A program made the translations under genes and the position numbers. DNA of 50,455 nt, taken from Elusimicrobiota bacterium. Its GTDB lineage: Bacteria > Elusimicrobiota > Elusimicrobia > Elusimicrobiales > UBA9959. Of this stretch, positions 27,089-36,978 are shown piece by piece. How positions within the stretch are numbered: position 1 is the first letter of the stretch; each line of letters opens with the position of its first letter. A model generated the notes under the pieces. That model was not told the origin of the DNA and searched no databases. It saw only the letters and a program-made list of their open reading frames with translations. Where the stretch lies: the NCBI GenBank assembly GCA_027340875.1, contig DAIENX010000068.1, positions 1 to 50,455 of the forward strand, in the 5' to 3' direction.

Positions 27089-27511
27089 TCAGGCCGGTGT
27101 CCACTCCGAAAAGTCTTTCGTCACCTGGTCCGGGATGCGCGAGGGCCTGCCGGTCCTGTAGTTGATCCAGACCCAGACGGTGAGGCCGGCGCAGACCTTT
27201 TTGCCGTCGGAAAGCCTGAACATCTCGTAGCGGCGCTCGGACGAGACCTTTTCCGCGGTCTCCACCCAGGTGCGTATCTTCACGGTGTCGCCGGGGGGCA
27301 CCGGGAGCAGGTAATCTATCTCGTGACGGCGCACCACCCAGCCTTCGCCGGACTCCAGCATGCGCTTTATCGGCCAGCCGGCCAGGTCGGAGTGATGCGT
27401 GGCGGCCTCCATGAACCAGTCCAGGTAGACCTGGTTGTTAACGTGGCCGAGTATGTCTATCTCCTCCGGCTTCACCTTCCTGTCGTATTCCAGGACCTTG
27501 GATATGGGCAT
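27089..27511 (-). CDS. Acyl-CoA/acyl-ACP thioesterase (hot-dog fold)
   Basis: IDILGHVNNQVY, VVRRHEIDY. Confidence 0.9.
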   Translation of the reverse strand: MPISKVLEYDRKVKPEEIDILGHVNNQVYLDWFMEAATHHSDLAGWPIKRMLESGEGWVVRRHEIDYLLPVPPGDTVKIRTWVETAEKVSSERRYEMFRLSDGKKVCAGLTVWVWINYRTGRPSRIPDQVTKDFSEWTPA

Positions 27512-27539
27512 GTACCTATGTTATAAAAAAGCGCCGGGT

Positions 27540-27986
27540 CTATAAAGCGGCCTTAGGGCCGCGCACCGATACGCGCACTACCCCGGGAACGGCGTTGAGC
27601 GCGTCCAGTTCCCCGGCCCGCACCCAGCCCAGCAGACGGACGGTGCGGGTCTTCCCCTTCCTGCTGACGCGCTCCCCTTTGAAGACGAAGCCGGCCGAAA
27701 CTCGCAGGCGCTCTAGCAGCTCCGAGTAGTCGGACCGCCCCGGCAGGATGACCACGAATACATAGCCGCCGCGGCCTGCCTCGGCAACGGTGGAGGAGGA
27801 GCGGGAAGCCACGGAATCCCTGAAGCGGACGGGGTTGTTGGCCTGATTCATATAGCCGTAGGAGGTCTCCACGAAGTCCTGGAAGACCGGGTCGGAATAG
27901 ACCGGGGAACCGGCCAGCACGTCCGCCGCCTCCGCGCCGAACCCGCAGGTCAGGACCAGTACCGCCGCCAGTATCGCCTTCTTCAT
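27540..27986 (-). CDS. Secreted hypothetical protein
   Basis: SD GGAGGG; signal peptide MKKAILAAVLVLTCGFGAEA. Confidence 0.7.
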   Translation of the reverse strand: MKKAILAAVLVLTCGFGAEAADVLAGSPVYSDPVFQDFVETSYGYMNQANNPVRFRDSVASRSSSTVAEAGRGGYVFVVILPGRSDYSELLERLRVSAGFVFKGERVSRKGKTRTVRLLGWVRAGELDALNAVPGVVRVSVRGPKAAL

Positions 27987-28130
27987 CGCTCCCTCCGTTC
28001 TCCGCCGCGCGATCTCCGCTAAAACAGTGTAATACATTGTATTTCACCGCGGCCGCTTTGTCACGGGTCCCCGGGCCCAGGCCCGGCATAGGCCTTCCGT
28101 CCCCCCGTCCCTCTAATGTAGAATTACCGC

Positions 28131-28772
28131 ATGAAGACAAGGCCGGAAACGCCCAAGGGCGAGAGGACCCGCGGCAGGATAGTGCTGTCCGCCATAAAAC
28201 TGGCCGCCCGGCACGGCTTCGCCGAGGCCAGCTTCCAGATGATAGCCGATGACATCGGCCTCAGCCAGTCGGCGGTCATGTACCATTTCCCGGACAAGAA
28301 CGCCCTGTTCTCCGAGCTGGTCAAAACCATCGTGGCGCACAACCACGAAGTGGTAGCCGGCCTGATAGGGGCCGAGGACGGCGCCGGCCGCCGCCTCCTC
28401 AAGCACTGCGTAGGCAACGTCCTGTGGGCGCTGAAGTACCGCAGGCAGGACGCCCAGATACTTATACTCCTTTATTACCTTGCAGGGCGCGGCAGGAACT
28501 TCTCCGAGCTCTTCACCGGCATGATAGAGAAGGGCCGCGAGAGGATAAGGGAGCACCTGCTGGCGGGCGTGCGCGAAGGCCTCTTCGCGCTGAAGGACGA
28601 GCCCTCGGCCGTGGCCGAGACCATACAGGACGCTTTGTTCGGCGCCATGCTCTACGCGGCCTCCGCCCCGGAGGGCAGCGTGACGCCGGCCCAGCTGGAG
28701 CGGAAGTGGCGCAAGCACCTGACGGCGCTGACCGGCTGGACCGACAAGGACGTCTCCCCGCTGACGGCCTGA
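28131..28772 (+). CDS. TetR/AcrR family transcriptional regulator
   Basis: GFAEASFQMIADDIGLSQSAVMYHFPDKNALF HTH. Confidence 0.92.
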   Translation: MKTRPETPKGERTRGRIVLSAIKLAARHGFAEASFQMIADDIGLSQSAVMYHFPDKNALFSELVKTIVAHNHEVVAGLIGAEDGAGRRLLKHCVGNVLWALKYRRQDAQILILLYYLAGRGRNFSELFTGMIEKGRERIREHLLAGVREGLFALKDEPSAVAETIQDALFGAMLYAASAPEGSVTPAQLERKWRKHLTALTGWTDKDVSPLTA

Positions 28773-28773
28773 T

Positions 28774-29943
28774 CTAGATGTCTTTCTTCCCGCCGGCCCT
28801 GTAGATGGAGGACCGGCCGAACTTCTCCCTGATAGCCTCTATGGCCTTGTGGGCCTTCTCGCGCCTGGCGTCGCCGGCGTCCTCGAAAAGGCTCTCCTTC
28901 TCGTCCGCAGGCATCAGGCCGGAGACCTTGACCCCGAGCAGCCTCACCCTCTTCCTCTTCCTGTCGAAGGCCGCGTACAGCGCCAGCGCCTCTTTCGAGA
29001 TCACGTCCGCGTAGTTGGTCGAAAGCGGCAGCGTCTTCGCGCGGGTATGCGTCTCGAAGCCCTCCAGCCTTATCTTCAGCGTCACGGTGCGCCCCTTGAA
29101 GCCGCCCTCCCGCAGGCGCGAGGAGACCTTGTCGGAGAGCGCCACCAGCGACTCCTTTATCTCCCTGGCGTCGGCCGTGTCGGTCTCGAAGGTTATCTCG
29201 TTGCTGACGGACTTGGTATCGTAGTCCCCGGCGACCTCCCGCGGGTCCTCCCCCAGCGCCAGCAGCCTGAGCTCCGGGCCGTGCGAACCCAGGCCGCGCA
29301 GCTCGTCGGCCTCCGCGGCGGCCAGCTCCCCTATGGTGTTTATGCCGCGCGAACGCAGCACCTCTGCGGTCTTCGGGCCGAGCCCCCACAGCCTGGAGAT
29401 GTCCAGAGGGGCGAGGAAGGCGCGCAGGCCTTCCTCGCGCACCGCTACCAGGCCGTCAGGCTTCTCCAGGTCCGAGGCTATCTTGGCCGCCATCTTGGTC
29501 GGGGCCAGCCCCACCGAACAGGTAAGGCCGGTCTCGGCCTTCACCCTGGCCTTTATGCGGCGGCAGGTCTCGAGCGGTCCGCCGAAGAGGTGGGCGCTGC
29601 GCGTGATGTCCAGGAAAGCCTCGTCTATGCTGACCTGCTCTATGTCAGGGGTGAACTCGTTGAAGACGGCGATGACCTTTTCCGAGGCTTCGGAATATCT
29701 GCGGAAATCCGGGCGCAGATAAACGCCTTTCGGGCAGCGCCGCCAGGCCTCCGAGATGGGCATGGCCGAGCGCACGCCGAACTTCCTGGCCTCGTAGGAG
29801 CAGGTGGAGACCACGCCGCGGCCGCGCCCGCCCTTCGGGTCGGCCCCCACTATGACCGGCCTGCCCTTCAGCGAAGGGTCGTCGCGCTGCTCGATGGCCG
29901 CGAAGAAAGCGTCCATGTCCACGTGCACTATGCGCCGCTCCAT
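28774..29943 (-). CDS. dinB: DNA polymerase IV
   Basis: HVDMDAFFAAIE, SYEARKFG, SIDEAFLD, KPDG. Confidence 0.96.
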   Translation of the reverse strand: MERRIVHVDMDAFFAAIEQRDDPSLKGRPVIVGADPKGGRGRGVVSTCSYEARKFGVRSAMPISEAWRRCPKGVYLRPDFRRYSEASEKVIAVFNEFTPDIEQVSIDEAFLDITRSAHLFGGPLETCRRIKARVKAETGLTCSVGLAPTKMAAKIASDLEKPDGLVAVREEGLRAFLAPLDISRLWGLGPKTAEVLRSRGINTIGELAAAEADELRGLGSHGPELRLLALGEDPREVAGDYDTKSVSNEITFETDTADAREIKESLVALSDKVSSRLREGGFKGRTVTLKIRLEGFETHTRAKTLPLSTNYADVISKEALALYAAFDRKRKRVRLLGVKVSGLMPADEKESLFEDAGDARREKAHKAIEAIREKFGRSSIYRAGGKKDI

Positions 29944-30018
29944 CCCCAGATAGTATCAAGATATTCCGGGACCGGACAAGGCGCGATAGCCGGGCCGGAT
30001 TTTTGCTAGCATGCACTT

Positions 30019-31089
30019 ATGAAAAGATGGCTCCGCCTCATCCTAATATCCGCAGCCGCCGCGGCGGCGTTCGGCGCGCTGCTGTGGGCCAGCACCTTCG
30101 GCTGGAACTTCCTGGCCCCCTCCTACGGCGGCGGCCCATCCCGCACCAGCCCGGAGAGGCTCCGGGAGACCGTCTCCGCGCTGGCCGCGGACATAGGCCC
30201 GCGCGACCTGTTCAACAACAACAAGGCCAGGCTGCGCAGGGCGGAGGAGTACCTGCGCGCCAGGTTCAGGGCCGCCGGCTGCGAGCTGGAGGAGCAGGAG
30301 TTCTACGCCGCCGGGGTGAAGGTCCGGAACTTCATCTGCACCAGGAAGGGCTTCTCGAACCCGGGAGAGATAGTCCTGGTAGGCGCGCATTACGACACCT
30401 TCAACAACCCGGGGGCGGACGACAACGCCAGCGTCGTGGCCGGGGTGCTGGACCTGGCCGAATACGCGTCCTCCCGCAGCTACGCGAGGACGGTCAGGTT
30501 CGCGGCCTTCGCCAACGAGGAGCCGCCCTTCTTCAAGCACGAGGGAATGGGCAGCGCGGTCTACGCCGCGGCCGCCAGGAAGAACGGCGACGACATCAGG
30601 GCCGCGCTGATACTGGAGATGACCGGTTATTACAGCGACAGGAACTTCTCCCAGCGCTACCCGCCGCTGATCGGGCCGTTCATGCCGCCCAAAGGGGATT
30701 TCATAGCGCAGATATCCGATTTCGGCTCGCGCGCCGAGGCCCGGCGCATAGACAGGGCCTTCCGCGCGGCCAGCGGCCTGCCGCTGCGCACGGTCTCGCT
30801 GCCCGCCTGGGTGCCGGGCGTGGATTTCTCCGACCACCGCAGCTTCTGGGGCCAGGGCTACCCGGCGGTGATGTTCACGGACACCTCGTTCTACAGGACG
30901 CCCAACTACCACAAACCCTCGGACCTGCCGGATACGCTGGACTACGGGCGCATGGCGGCCCTGCAGGACGGCCTTAAAGCCGCCCTGGACGATCTGGCCG
31001 GCGTCAGCGCCGGCCCCGGTATGGGTGTAAAAACCGTTAACGCTTCTCCGGCAGGATCTCCAGCCAGTAGCCGTCCGGGTCCTCTATGA
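30019..31089 (+). CDS. M28 family peptidase
   Basis: GAHYDT, PGADDNAS, NEEPP, SDH, YH; N-terminal anchor. Confidence 0.9.
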   Translation: MKRWLRLILISAAAAAAFGALLWASTFGWNFLAPSYGGGPSRTSPERLRETVSALAADIGPRDLFNNNKARLRRAEEYLRARFRAAGCELEEQEFYAAGVKVRNFICTRKGFSNPGEIVLVGAHYDTFNNPGADDNASVVAGVLDLAEYASSRSYARTVRFAAFANEEPPFFKHEGMGSAVYAAAARKNGDDIRAALILEMTGYYSDRNFSQRYPPLIGPFMPPKGDFIAQISDFGSRAEARRIDRAFRAASGLPLRTVSLPAWVPGVDFSDHRSFWGQGYPAVMFTDTSFYRTPNYHKPSDLPDTLDYGRMAALQDGLKAALDDLAGVSAGPGMGVKTVNASPAGSPASSRPGPL

Positions 31090-31408
31090 AATAGAGGCCC
31101 ATGGCCTCGTTCTCGTAGCAGACGCAGCCCATCTCCTTGTGCAGGTCGTGGGCCGCCCTGTAGTCGTCCACCGTGAAGGCCAGGTGGAACTCGTTGTCGC
31201 CGAGGTCGTACTTCTTCTCCCTGTCCTTCAGCCAGGTCAGCTCCAGCTTGTGCGGAGTGCGCCCGTCGCCCAGGAAGACTAGCGAGAAGCTGCCGTCGGA
31301 GGCCTGCATGCGCCGGGTTTCTTTTAGGCCCAAGGCCTCCTTGTAGAACTTCAGGCTCTTGTCCAGGTCCAGGACGTTCAGGTTGTTGTGCGCGAAGGTG
31401 AATTTCAT
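31037..31408 (-). CDS. Lactoylglutathione lyase / VOC family protein
   Basis: HNNLNVLDLDKSLKFY, LELTW, HLAF, DPDGYWLEI. Confidence 0.9.
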   Translation of the reverse strand: MKFTFAHNNLNVLDLDKSLKFYKEALGLKETRRMQASDGSFSLVFLGDGRTPHKLELTWLKDREKKYDLGDNEFHLAFTVDDYRAAHDLHKEMGCVCYENEAMGLYFIEDPDGYWLEILPEKR

Positions 31409-31959
31409 TCAGCGCCTCCCGGGGGGTTGAACTCGGACAGGCGGATGCGGTACATGTCCTCGGAGACGGCCTTCAGCTCCTCTTTTATACGCATCGGGCG
31501 CTTCACGCCCTCCAGCTGCTTATCGGTAGTGAGGGCCTTCTTGACTATGGAGCCTTTGCCCTTTACGGTGCCGCCTGCGGCCAGCTTTATGTCGTAGGTC
31601 CAGCTCTTCAGGTCCGGGGACAGGAAGGTGACCGTGCCGGAGAAGGTCTTCCCCGCGTCGGCCGCGTCATAGACCAGCGTCTTCTTGCGGCGCGTCATCA
31701 CGGTAACTATGGTCTCCGGCTTCATCGACGGCGACGGGGCGGGCTGGGTCACCGTCTCGGTTATCCTGGCCCCGCCGGCGGATATCTCCCGCTTCACGGC
31801 GGACTCGGTATTGCCGTAAGGTAGGCGCCCGTCCGGGGAGAGGAAAGAGACGCGCCCGTAATAGTACTCCGTCCCTTCATTGACCTTCAGCGTTACCGCG
31901 GCCGCGCAGGCCGCCAGCCCGGCCGCAGCCAGGAAGATAAGTATCTTTGCCGTTCCCAT
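31405..31959 (-). CDS. Exported hypothetical beta-rich protein
   Basis: Signal peptide/lipobox LAAC; SD GGAGG. Confidence 0.7.
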   Translation of the reverse strand: MGTAKILIFLAAAGLAACAAAVTLKVNEGTEYYYGRVSFLSPDGRLPYGNTESAVKREISAGGARITETVTQPAPSPSMKPETIVTVMTRRKKTLVYDAADAGKTFSGTVTFLSPDLKSWTYDIKLAAGGTVKGKGSIVKKALTTDKQLEGVKRPMRIKEELKAVSEDMYRIRLSEFNPPGGAE

Positions 31960-32062
31960 AGGACCTCCTAGTCTTACGCCTTTATGTTACCAAAATTCCC
32001 CGCGCGCGCTACACAAAGCCCCCGCTATTTTATATGCTTGTCAGGAACGGAGGTGCCGTTTT

Positions 32063-32473
32063 ATGAAATACCTTTTGATAGCCATGCTGCTGGTCTGGAC
32101 CGGGGCTGCCGCCGCGCAGGCCGCCGGCTCCGGCAAGGACATACGGGAGCAGACCCCGGCCGAGCTGCGGCAGACCGCCGCCGAGTTGGAACAGGCGCTG
32201 ATACTTAAGCCGACGGACGTGGACCTCTACGTGAAGCTGGGCTTCGCCTACACCCGGCTGGGCCGGGCCGACGACGCCCAGCGCGCCTTCGAGAGCGCCG
32301 CCCGGCTGGACCCGCAGAGGGCCATAGCCCATTACATGCTGGGCCTGATCTACGAGAAGAAGGGCCTGAAGGACCAGGCCATAGCCTCCTGGAAGTCCTG
32401 CCTGGAGACCGCCAAGGAGCAGCACCTGAAGGACACCGCCCTTAAGCACATCAACAACCTCAGCGCCAACTGA
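32063..32473 (+). CDS. Secreted tetratricopeptide-repeat protein
   Basis: SD GGAGG, signal peptide, LGFAY..A...F and LGLIY..A TPR motifs. Confidence 0.85.
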   Translation: MKYLLIAMLLVWTGAAAAQAAGSGKDIREQTPAELRQTAAELEQALILKPTDVDLYVKLGFAYTRLGRADDAQRAFESAARLDPQRAIAHYMLGLIYEKKGLKDQAIASWKSCLETAKEQHLKDTALKHINNLSAN

Positions 32474-32474
32474 C

Positions 32475-33107
32475 ATGAAGAACCGATTGCTAATACCCGC
32501 TATACTGCTGCTTTCCGCCTGCGTGGCCCCGAAGGTCGCCATCAATCCGCGCGCCGACTTCTCCTCCATCAAGCGCGTGGCCGTGCTGTCCTTCGGCGGC
32601 CCGAAGGGCGAGTTGGCCGCCGACCTGATGACCCAGAGCCTGCTGGAGCGCGGCGCCGACGTGGTGGAAAGACAACGTCTGGATTCCGTGATGAGGGAGC
32701 AGCAGCTCACGGCCGACAGCGCCTTCGATCCCTCCACCGCCAGGCGCCTCGGCAGGCTGCTCGGGGTGGACGCGCTCTTCGTAGGCACGGTGGCCGAGAG
32801 CACGCCTCCCAGCACCTACGTGGTGAGCCAGTCCAAGGACCCTGTGGTGACCACGATGAAGAAGGTGGACGGCGGCACAGTCTACACGGAAGGCTCCGTG
32901 CTGGGGCTGCCCAACTCGCAGCTGCTGAGCACCACCGCGAACGTCTCGCTGCTGTCGCGCATGGTGGACGTGGAGACCGGCTCCATACTCTGGTCCGCCT
33001 CGATGACCTACGAGGGCTTCGACATCCCCTCGGCGATGAGCGGCATCACGGACGCCTTCGTGCGCTCCCTCTCCCCCATCTGGCCCGGCCTGTACAGGGC
33101 GAGGTAG
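32475..33107 (+). CDS. CsgG/HfaB/LpoB-like lipoprotein
   Basis: Lipobox LSAC, RVAVLSF, VVERQRLD, LGRLLGVDALFVG, RMVDVETG. Confidence 0.8.
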   Translation: MKNRLLIPAILLLSACVAPKVAINPRADFSSIKRVAVLSFGGPKGELAADLMTQSLLERGADVVERQRLDSVMREQQLTADSAFDPSTARRLGRLLGVDALFVGTVAESTPPSTYVVSQSKDPVVTTMKKVDGGTVYTEGSVLGLPNSQLLSTTANVSLLSRMVDVETGSILWSASMTYEGFDIPSAMSGITDAFVRSLSPIWPGLYRAR

Positions 33108-33121
33108 ACTGCCGGGAATAG

Positions 33122-33157
33122 AAAAGCCCCGCCCTTTGAAGGGGCGGGGCTTTTTTT
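33122..33157. terminator. Bidirectional terminator
   Basis: AAAAGCCCCGCCC stem with GGGCGGGGCTTTTTTT. Confidence 0.88.
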
Positions 33158-33173
33158 GCGCCTCGGTCCGGGC

Positions 33174-34553
33174 TTACTCGGGCCGCCAGACCTTGTCGCA
33201 CCACTCCACGAACTCGTCCCACTGCGAGGCCTGCGACAGCGACAGGTCGCTGTAGTGGGTCTCGTAGATGCCGCCCAGCGCGGGCGGCAGCTTCTTGGCC
33301 TTCATCGTCATGCCAATGGAGATGCCGCCGGACTTCGTGTAGTCATAGCCGTTCACGCCGTCCTTGTTCAGGCCGACGCTGGCCATCACCAGGCTCTTCC
33401 GGATGAACTTCATCAGCCTCTCGGCCGCCTGCGCGGTCTCGAAGCCGCTGACCATGCTGAACGTCTTCGCGAAGTCGTAGAGGTCCACGTAGGGCGCTAT
33501 CTGCTTGGTCTTGTCGTTCTTCGGGTCGAGGCTCGAGTAGCGCACCGCGTTCTCGATGGCGTACTTGGCGGCCTCGTGCTCGTTGTTCTTCATCGCGGCC
33601 AGCGCGAAAGCGTCGAGGTAGGCCGGCAGGTCGCTCAAGGGCTTCGGGTTGACCGCCGACATCGTGGCCGCGATGGCCGATAACGGTATAGTCACCGGGC
33701 CCACTATCGGCGCGCCGTGGGCGAAGAAGTCCTTCTCCCAGTCGATGAAGAACTGGCCCACCTGGTTCAGCGGCGCGGCCGGCTGGGTGTTCAGGAAGTT
33801 CAGCAGCTTCGTGTAGTCGTAGCCGTAGGCCAGCATCGTCTCCTCGGAGCCGATGAACAGGCCGGCGTTGTCCTTCATCTCGTAGAGGATCTCGGCCATC
33901 TGCTGCAGGCAGGCGTTCTGCACAACCACGTCCACGAAGCCTGCCTGGCGCAGGATCTCTCCCAGCTGGCGCGTGCGCACGTAGTTCTTGGTCTCGTCGT
34001 CGAACAGGATGCCGCGTCCGGTAGGGATGCTACCGTCCATAGCGTCGTGCATCACCGGGTCTATCCAGCCCAGGCCGTGGTTCCAGAGCACCAGCATGTA
34101 GCGCTTGGCCGGGTGTTCGGCCTTGGCCCACTTGATGAAGTCGATGACGCGCTTGTAGTCGCCCATGTCGCCCTTCGGGTCGGCGGAGACGAGCGTCTCG
34201 CCGCCTTTCGTGACGACGACGCGCTTGGCGCCCTGGCCGCTCAGGCCGTACTCGAGCAGCACGTCCACCTTGTCGGTGGAGCCGACCTTCTTCATCTCGG
34301 CCATGTCCTTCTGCGCCCATTTGCCGGAGATGCCGTACAGCATGGAATCGTCCAGGTTGTTGTGGGCGTTCATGAAGATCATTACGGTCCAGTCCTTCAG
34401 GCCTTCCTTCGGGACCTCAGCGGTAGCTTGCGGTGCGCCCGCCTTCTCGGCGTAGGCCGCCAGGTCGCCGGCCGTCACCCTTTCGAGGTCGAAGCCCTGG
34501 GCGGACGTCAGGACCGGCGCCAGCAGCAGTGCCGCTATAAGTATATCCCTCAT
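33174..34553 (-). CDS. Secreted clostripain-family (C11) cysteine peptidase
   Basis: WTVMIFMNAHNNL, LVLWNHGLGW (catalytic His), NACLQ (catalytic Cys), GSEE. Confidence 0.88.
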   Translation of the reverse strand: MRDILIAALLLAPVLTSAQGFDLERVTAGDLAAYAEKAGAPQATAEVPKEGLKDWTVMIFMNAHNNLDDSMLYGISGKWAQKDMAEMKKVGSTDKVDVLLEYGLSGQGAKRVVVTKGGETLVSADPKGDMGDYKRVIDFIKWAKAEHPAKRYMLVLWNHGLGWIDPVMHDAMDGSIPTGRGILFDDETKNYVRTRQLGEILRQAGFVDVVVQNACLQQMAEILYEMKDNAGLFIGSEETMLAYGYDYTKLLNFLNTQPAAPLNQVGQFFIDWEKDFFAHGAPIVGPVTIPLSAIAATMSAVNPKPLSDLPAYLDAFALAAMKNNEHEAAKYAIENAVRYSSLDPKNDKTKQIAPYVDLYDFAKTFSMVSGFETAQAAERLMKFIRKSLVMASVGLNKDGVNGYDYTKSGGISIGMTMKAKKLPPALGGIYETHYSDLSLSQASQWDEFVEWCDKVWRPE

Positions 34554-35308
34554 TTCAGCACCTCCCAGCCGGAGACGGCGCCATTGACCGCTCGCTCCGC
34601 GGCCTCCAGCTTGAGCTCCGTGCGGCCGCGCTCGAACAGCGCCCCTATCTCCTCAAGCTTGCCGTCGCCGCGCACGCGGTAGACGGCCTCCTGCTTCAGG
34701 TCCTGGGTGAAGGTCTTGATATGCCACTTCAGGTGCACGTCCATCCGGGCCACCGGGGCCTCGTCCGTGCCCGCGTTGACCACGCTCTCGTCGGGCACTT
34801 CCACCACGACGTCCAGCTTGGTCGCCCAGGCGGTGGTCACGCTGACCGGCTCTATCGTCACGCCGGTCAGGTACTTGCCGGCGCCCTTGAAAGAGCCGCC
34901 CCAGACATAGTGCACCTTGTAGGTGGCCGTGACGGCGGGCAGGCCGCCTATGTTCTTGGCCTTGAAGGTGTAGAGCTTCGACTCGGGGCCCTGCCAGCCG
35001 GTGAGCTGCGTCCAATGGGTCGCTCCCTCGGGGACGGCGTTGGAGTAGTCGGTCTCGATATTGACCACGGGCTTGTTCTTGACTATGAAGTTGTAGACCT
35101 TCATCGCGTAGTTGAAGATCTTCTTGAACTGGCCCACGGAATCGCTGAACGAGCCGTCTGCGGCCGCCGGCGCGAGCGTAGCCGCGCCGGGGTCGGCCGG
35201 GAGTATCATAACGGAGGCCTCGTCTATCACGGGGCCGTCCTGCGCCATAAGGCGCGCGGCGGGCAGCAGCAGCGCCCCCGCCAGCAACAGCTTAAAAGTG
35301 ACCTTCAT
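34550..35308 (-). CDS. Secreted hypothetical protein, paralog of 35319-36098
   Basis: Signal peptide; shared AVPEG, GG.F.G.G.YLTGVTI.P motifs. Confidence 0.85.
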   Translation of the reverse strand: MKVTFKLLLAGALLLPAARLMAQDGPVIDEASVMILPADPGAATLAPAAADGSFSDSVGQFKKIFNYAMKVYNFIVKNKPVVNIETDYSNAVPEGATHWTQLTGWQGPESKLYTFKAKNIGGLPAVTATYKVHYVWGGSFKGAGKYLTGVTIEPVSVTTAWATKLDVVVEVPDESVVNAGTDEAPVARMDVHLKWHIKTFTQDLKQEAVYRVRGDGKLEEIGALFERGRTELKLEAAERAVNGAVSGWEVLK

Positions 35309-35318
35309 CCGTAATGCC

Positions 35319-36098
35319 TCAGCGGCCGAAGACCAGGGAGGGCTCCAGCAGCGCGCCGGCGGAGGAAAGTCTCTCCACGCGGGGCTGCGGGAACGGGCTG
35401 ACTATCTCCTTCATCTCGCCGTTGCCCTTTATCAGGTACACGCTGTTGCCGTCCCACTCCTTGAGCACGGTGGCTATCTTGGTGGTGAGCTTCAGCTGCA
35501 TCGCGGCCAGCGGGTCCTCGTAGGTGCCGAGGTTCACGATGGTCGTGTCGGGCACGAAGGCGGACATGGACAGCTTGTAGCCCCAGCTCACGTTCATCGC
35601 GCCGGGGACTATCGTCACGCCGGTCAGGTACCGGCCCTTGCCGTCGAACTTGCCGCCGTAGGAGAAGACTACCTTGTACTTCACGGAGACGGACTCGGCG
35701 CCGTACATGTTCTTGGCGGAGAGCCTGTACTCGTAGGTCTCGGGGCCCTTCCACTCGCAGAGCTGGTTGGGCGAGCTGGCGCCCTCCGGCACGGCCGCGG
35801 CGTACTTGGTCTCCACCTCGGCTACGGGAGCGTTGTCCTTTATGATGCCCCAGATCTTGTTGGCGATGTTGATGATGGTGACTATGCTGCCTATCACGCC
35901 GCGCTCCGCCGCGGCGGGGGCGGTGACGGTCCTGGAGACCAGCTCCACGCGCACGGAATCGGGGTCTATGGTATAGCGCAGCGGGTCGGACTGCGCGGCG
36001 GTCATTTCGGCCTTGGAGAAGGCAGGGGCCGCGTCCTGACAGTAAGCCGCCGCGGGAAGCAGCGTGGCCAGGAGGGCCAGTGTAACGAGTTTCTTCAT
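35319..36098 (-). CDS. Secreted hypothetical protein, paralog of 34550-35308
   Basis: SD GAGGTG, signal peptide MKKLVTLALLA, shared motifs. Confidence 0.85.
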   Translation of the reverse strand: MKKLVTLALLATLLPAAAYCQDAAPAFSKAEMTAAQSDPLRYTIDPDSVRVELVSRTVTAPAAAERGVIGSIVTIINIANKIWGIIKDNAPVAEVETKYAAAVPEGASSPNQLCEWKGPETYEYRLSAKNMYGAESVSVKYKVVFSYGGKFDGKGRYLTGVTIVPGAMNVSWGYKLSMSAFVPDTTIVNLGTYEDPLAAMQLKLTTKIATVLKEWDGNSVYLIKGNGEMKEIVSPFPQPRVERLSSAGALLEPSLVFGR

Positions 36099-36175
36099 TC
36101 GGTTCACCTCTGTATATTTACGGCTTTAGGGGATTATACTTAATTTCCCAAAAACCGCATAAACGCGAATAACGC

Positions 36176-36203
36176 AAAAACCCCGCCTTTGGGGGGCGGG
36201 GTT
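36176..36203 (-). terminator. Rho-independent terminator (minus strand)
   Basis: AACCCCGCC/GGCGGGGTT stem with a T-run on the minus strand. Confidence 0.75.
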
Positions 36204-36226
36204 CAAGCTTGCGGCCTCGTTGCCGC

Positions 36227-36955
36227 TCAGTCAGCGGTCTGTACTTTGATGACCAGGCCGGTATCGTTGAAGGCCAGGCCGGTGAGGTGCATCTCGCCCA
36301 CCAGGTCGGTGCCTATCAGGGAATGCAGGTTCTGGGAGGAGATGGAACCGTACAGCGTCCAGGCGGCCTTGTCATAGCTCAGCTTGATGATCTGGTCCGC
36401 CTTCAGGGGCAGGTTCTTCTTCTTCAGGACGCCGTCCACGGCGGTGTAGACGGTCTTGATCATCACGTCCATCACCTGCGCCATCAGGTCTTCCTGGTTC
36501 AGCTGCGGGAGCGGCGCGGCCTTAACGGTGGGCTCCATCGCGGCGTGCAGCTGAACGCGCTGTATGCGGATGGCCAGCTTGTCGGTGGAGACGAGGTAGG
36601 GCTTGAGGATCAGCGTAGGGTTCACGATTATGCCGCCCTGGTCTATCTGTATGTTGGTGAGCTTGAGGAAGTCGCCGGACTTCATGGCCACCGGGGCGTT
36701 CTTGTCGAGGATGGAGATGCGGCCGTCCTTGGCCGAGGCCTGTTCCACCGCTTTCTTGACGACCTTGAAGGGCACGCGCACCGCCAGGTCCATACCTATG
36801 AAGTCGTCGCCTGACGCCCTGGAAGGCGCCGGCGTCTGGAAGTCCTGCGCCGGGGCCCGGAGGTCGGAGGCCTTCAGGCCTTCGAGCTCGAAAGCGTTCG
36901 CGCTGCCGGCCGAGAAGGCCGCCGCCGCTATTATCGCTATAAGGGTTTTCTTCAT
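36227..36955 (-). CDS. Secreted hypothetical protein (one domain, homologous to the N-half of 36979-38247)
   Basis: SD GGAG; signal peptide; V..PF, GI.V.PT..LKP, LAI, YD...W.L motifs shared with its neighbour. Confidence 0.85.
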   Translation of the reverse strand: MKKTLIAIIAAAAFSAGSANAFELEGLKASDLRAPAQDFQTPAPSRASGDDFIGMDLAVRVPFKVVKKAVEQASAKDGRISILDKNAPVAMKSGDFLKLTNIQIDQGGIIVNPTLILKPYLVSTDKLAIRIQRVQLHAAMEPTVKAAPLPQLNQEDLMAQVMDVMIKTVYTAVDGVLKKKNLPLKADQIIKLSYDKAAWTLYGSISSQNLHSLIGTDLVGEMHLTGLAFNDTGLVIKVQTAD

Positions 36956-36978
36956 AAATTCTCCGTAGCTCCTTATGG

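Noticed and set aside
29944..30018. SOS box or PafBC-type motif upstream of dinB
   Set aside because: No recognisable palindrome, and TGTCCG is not followed by TANNNT at 10 nt.
31037..31089. 53-bp convergent overlap of M28 peptidase and glyoxalase
   Set aside because: The overlapping tail is low-complexity; most likely simple stop-codon drift.
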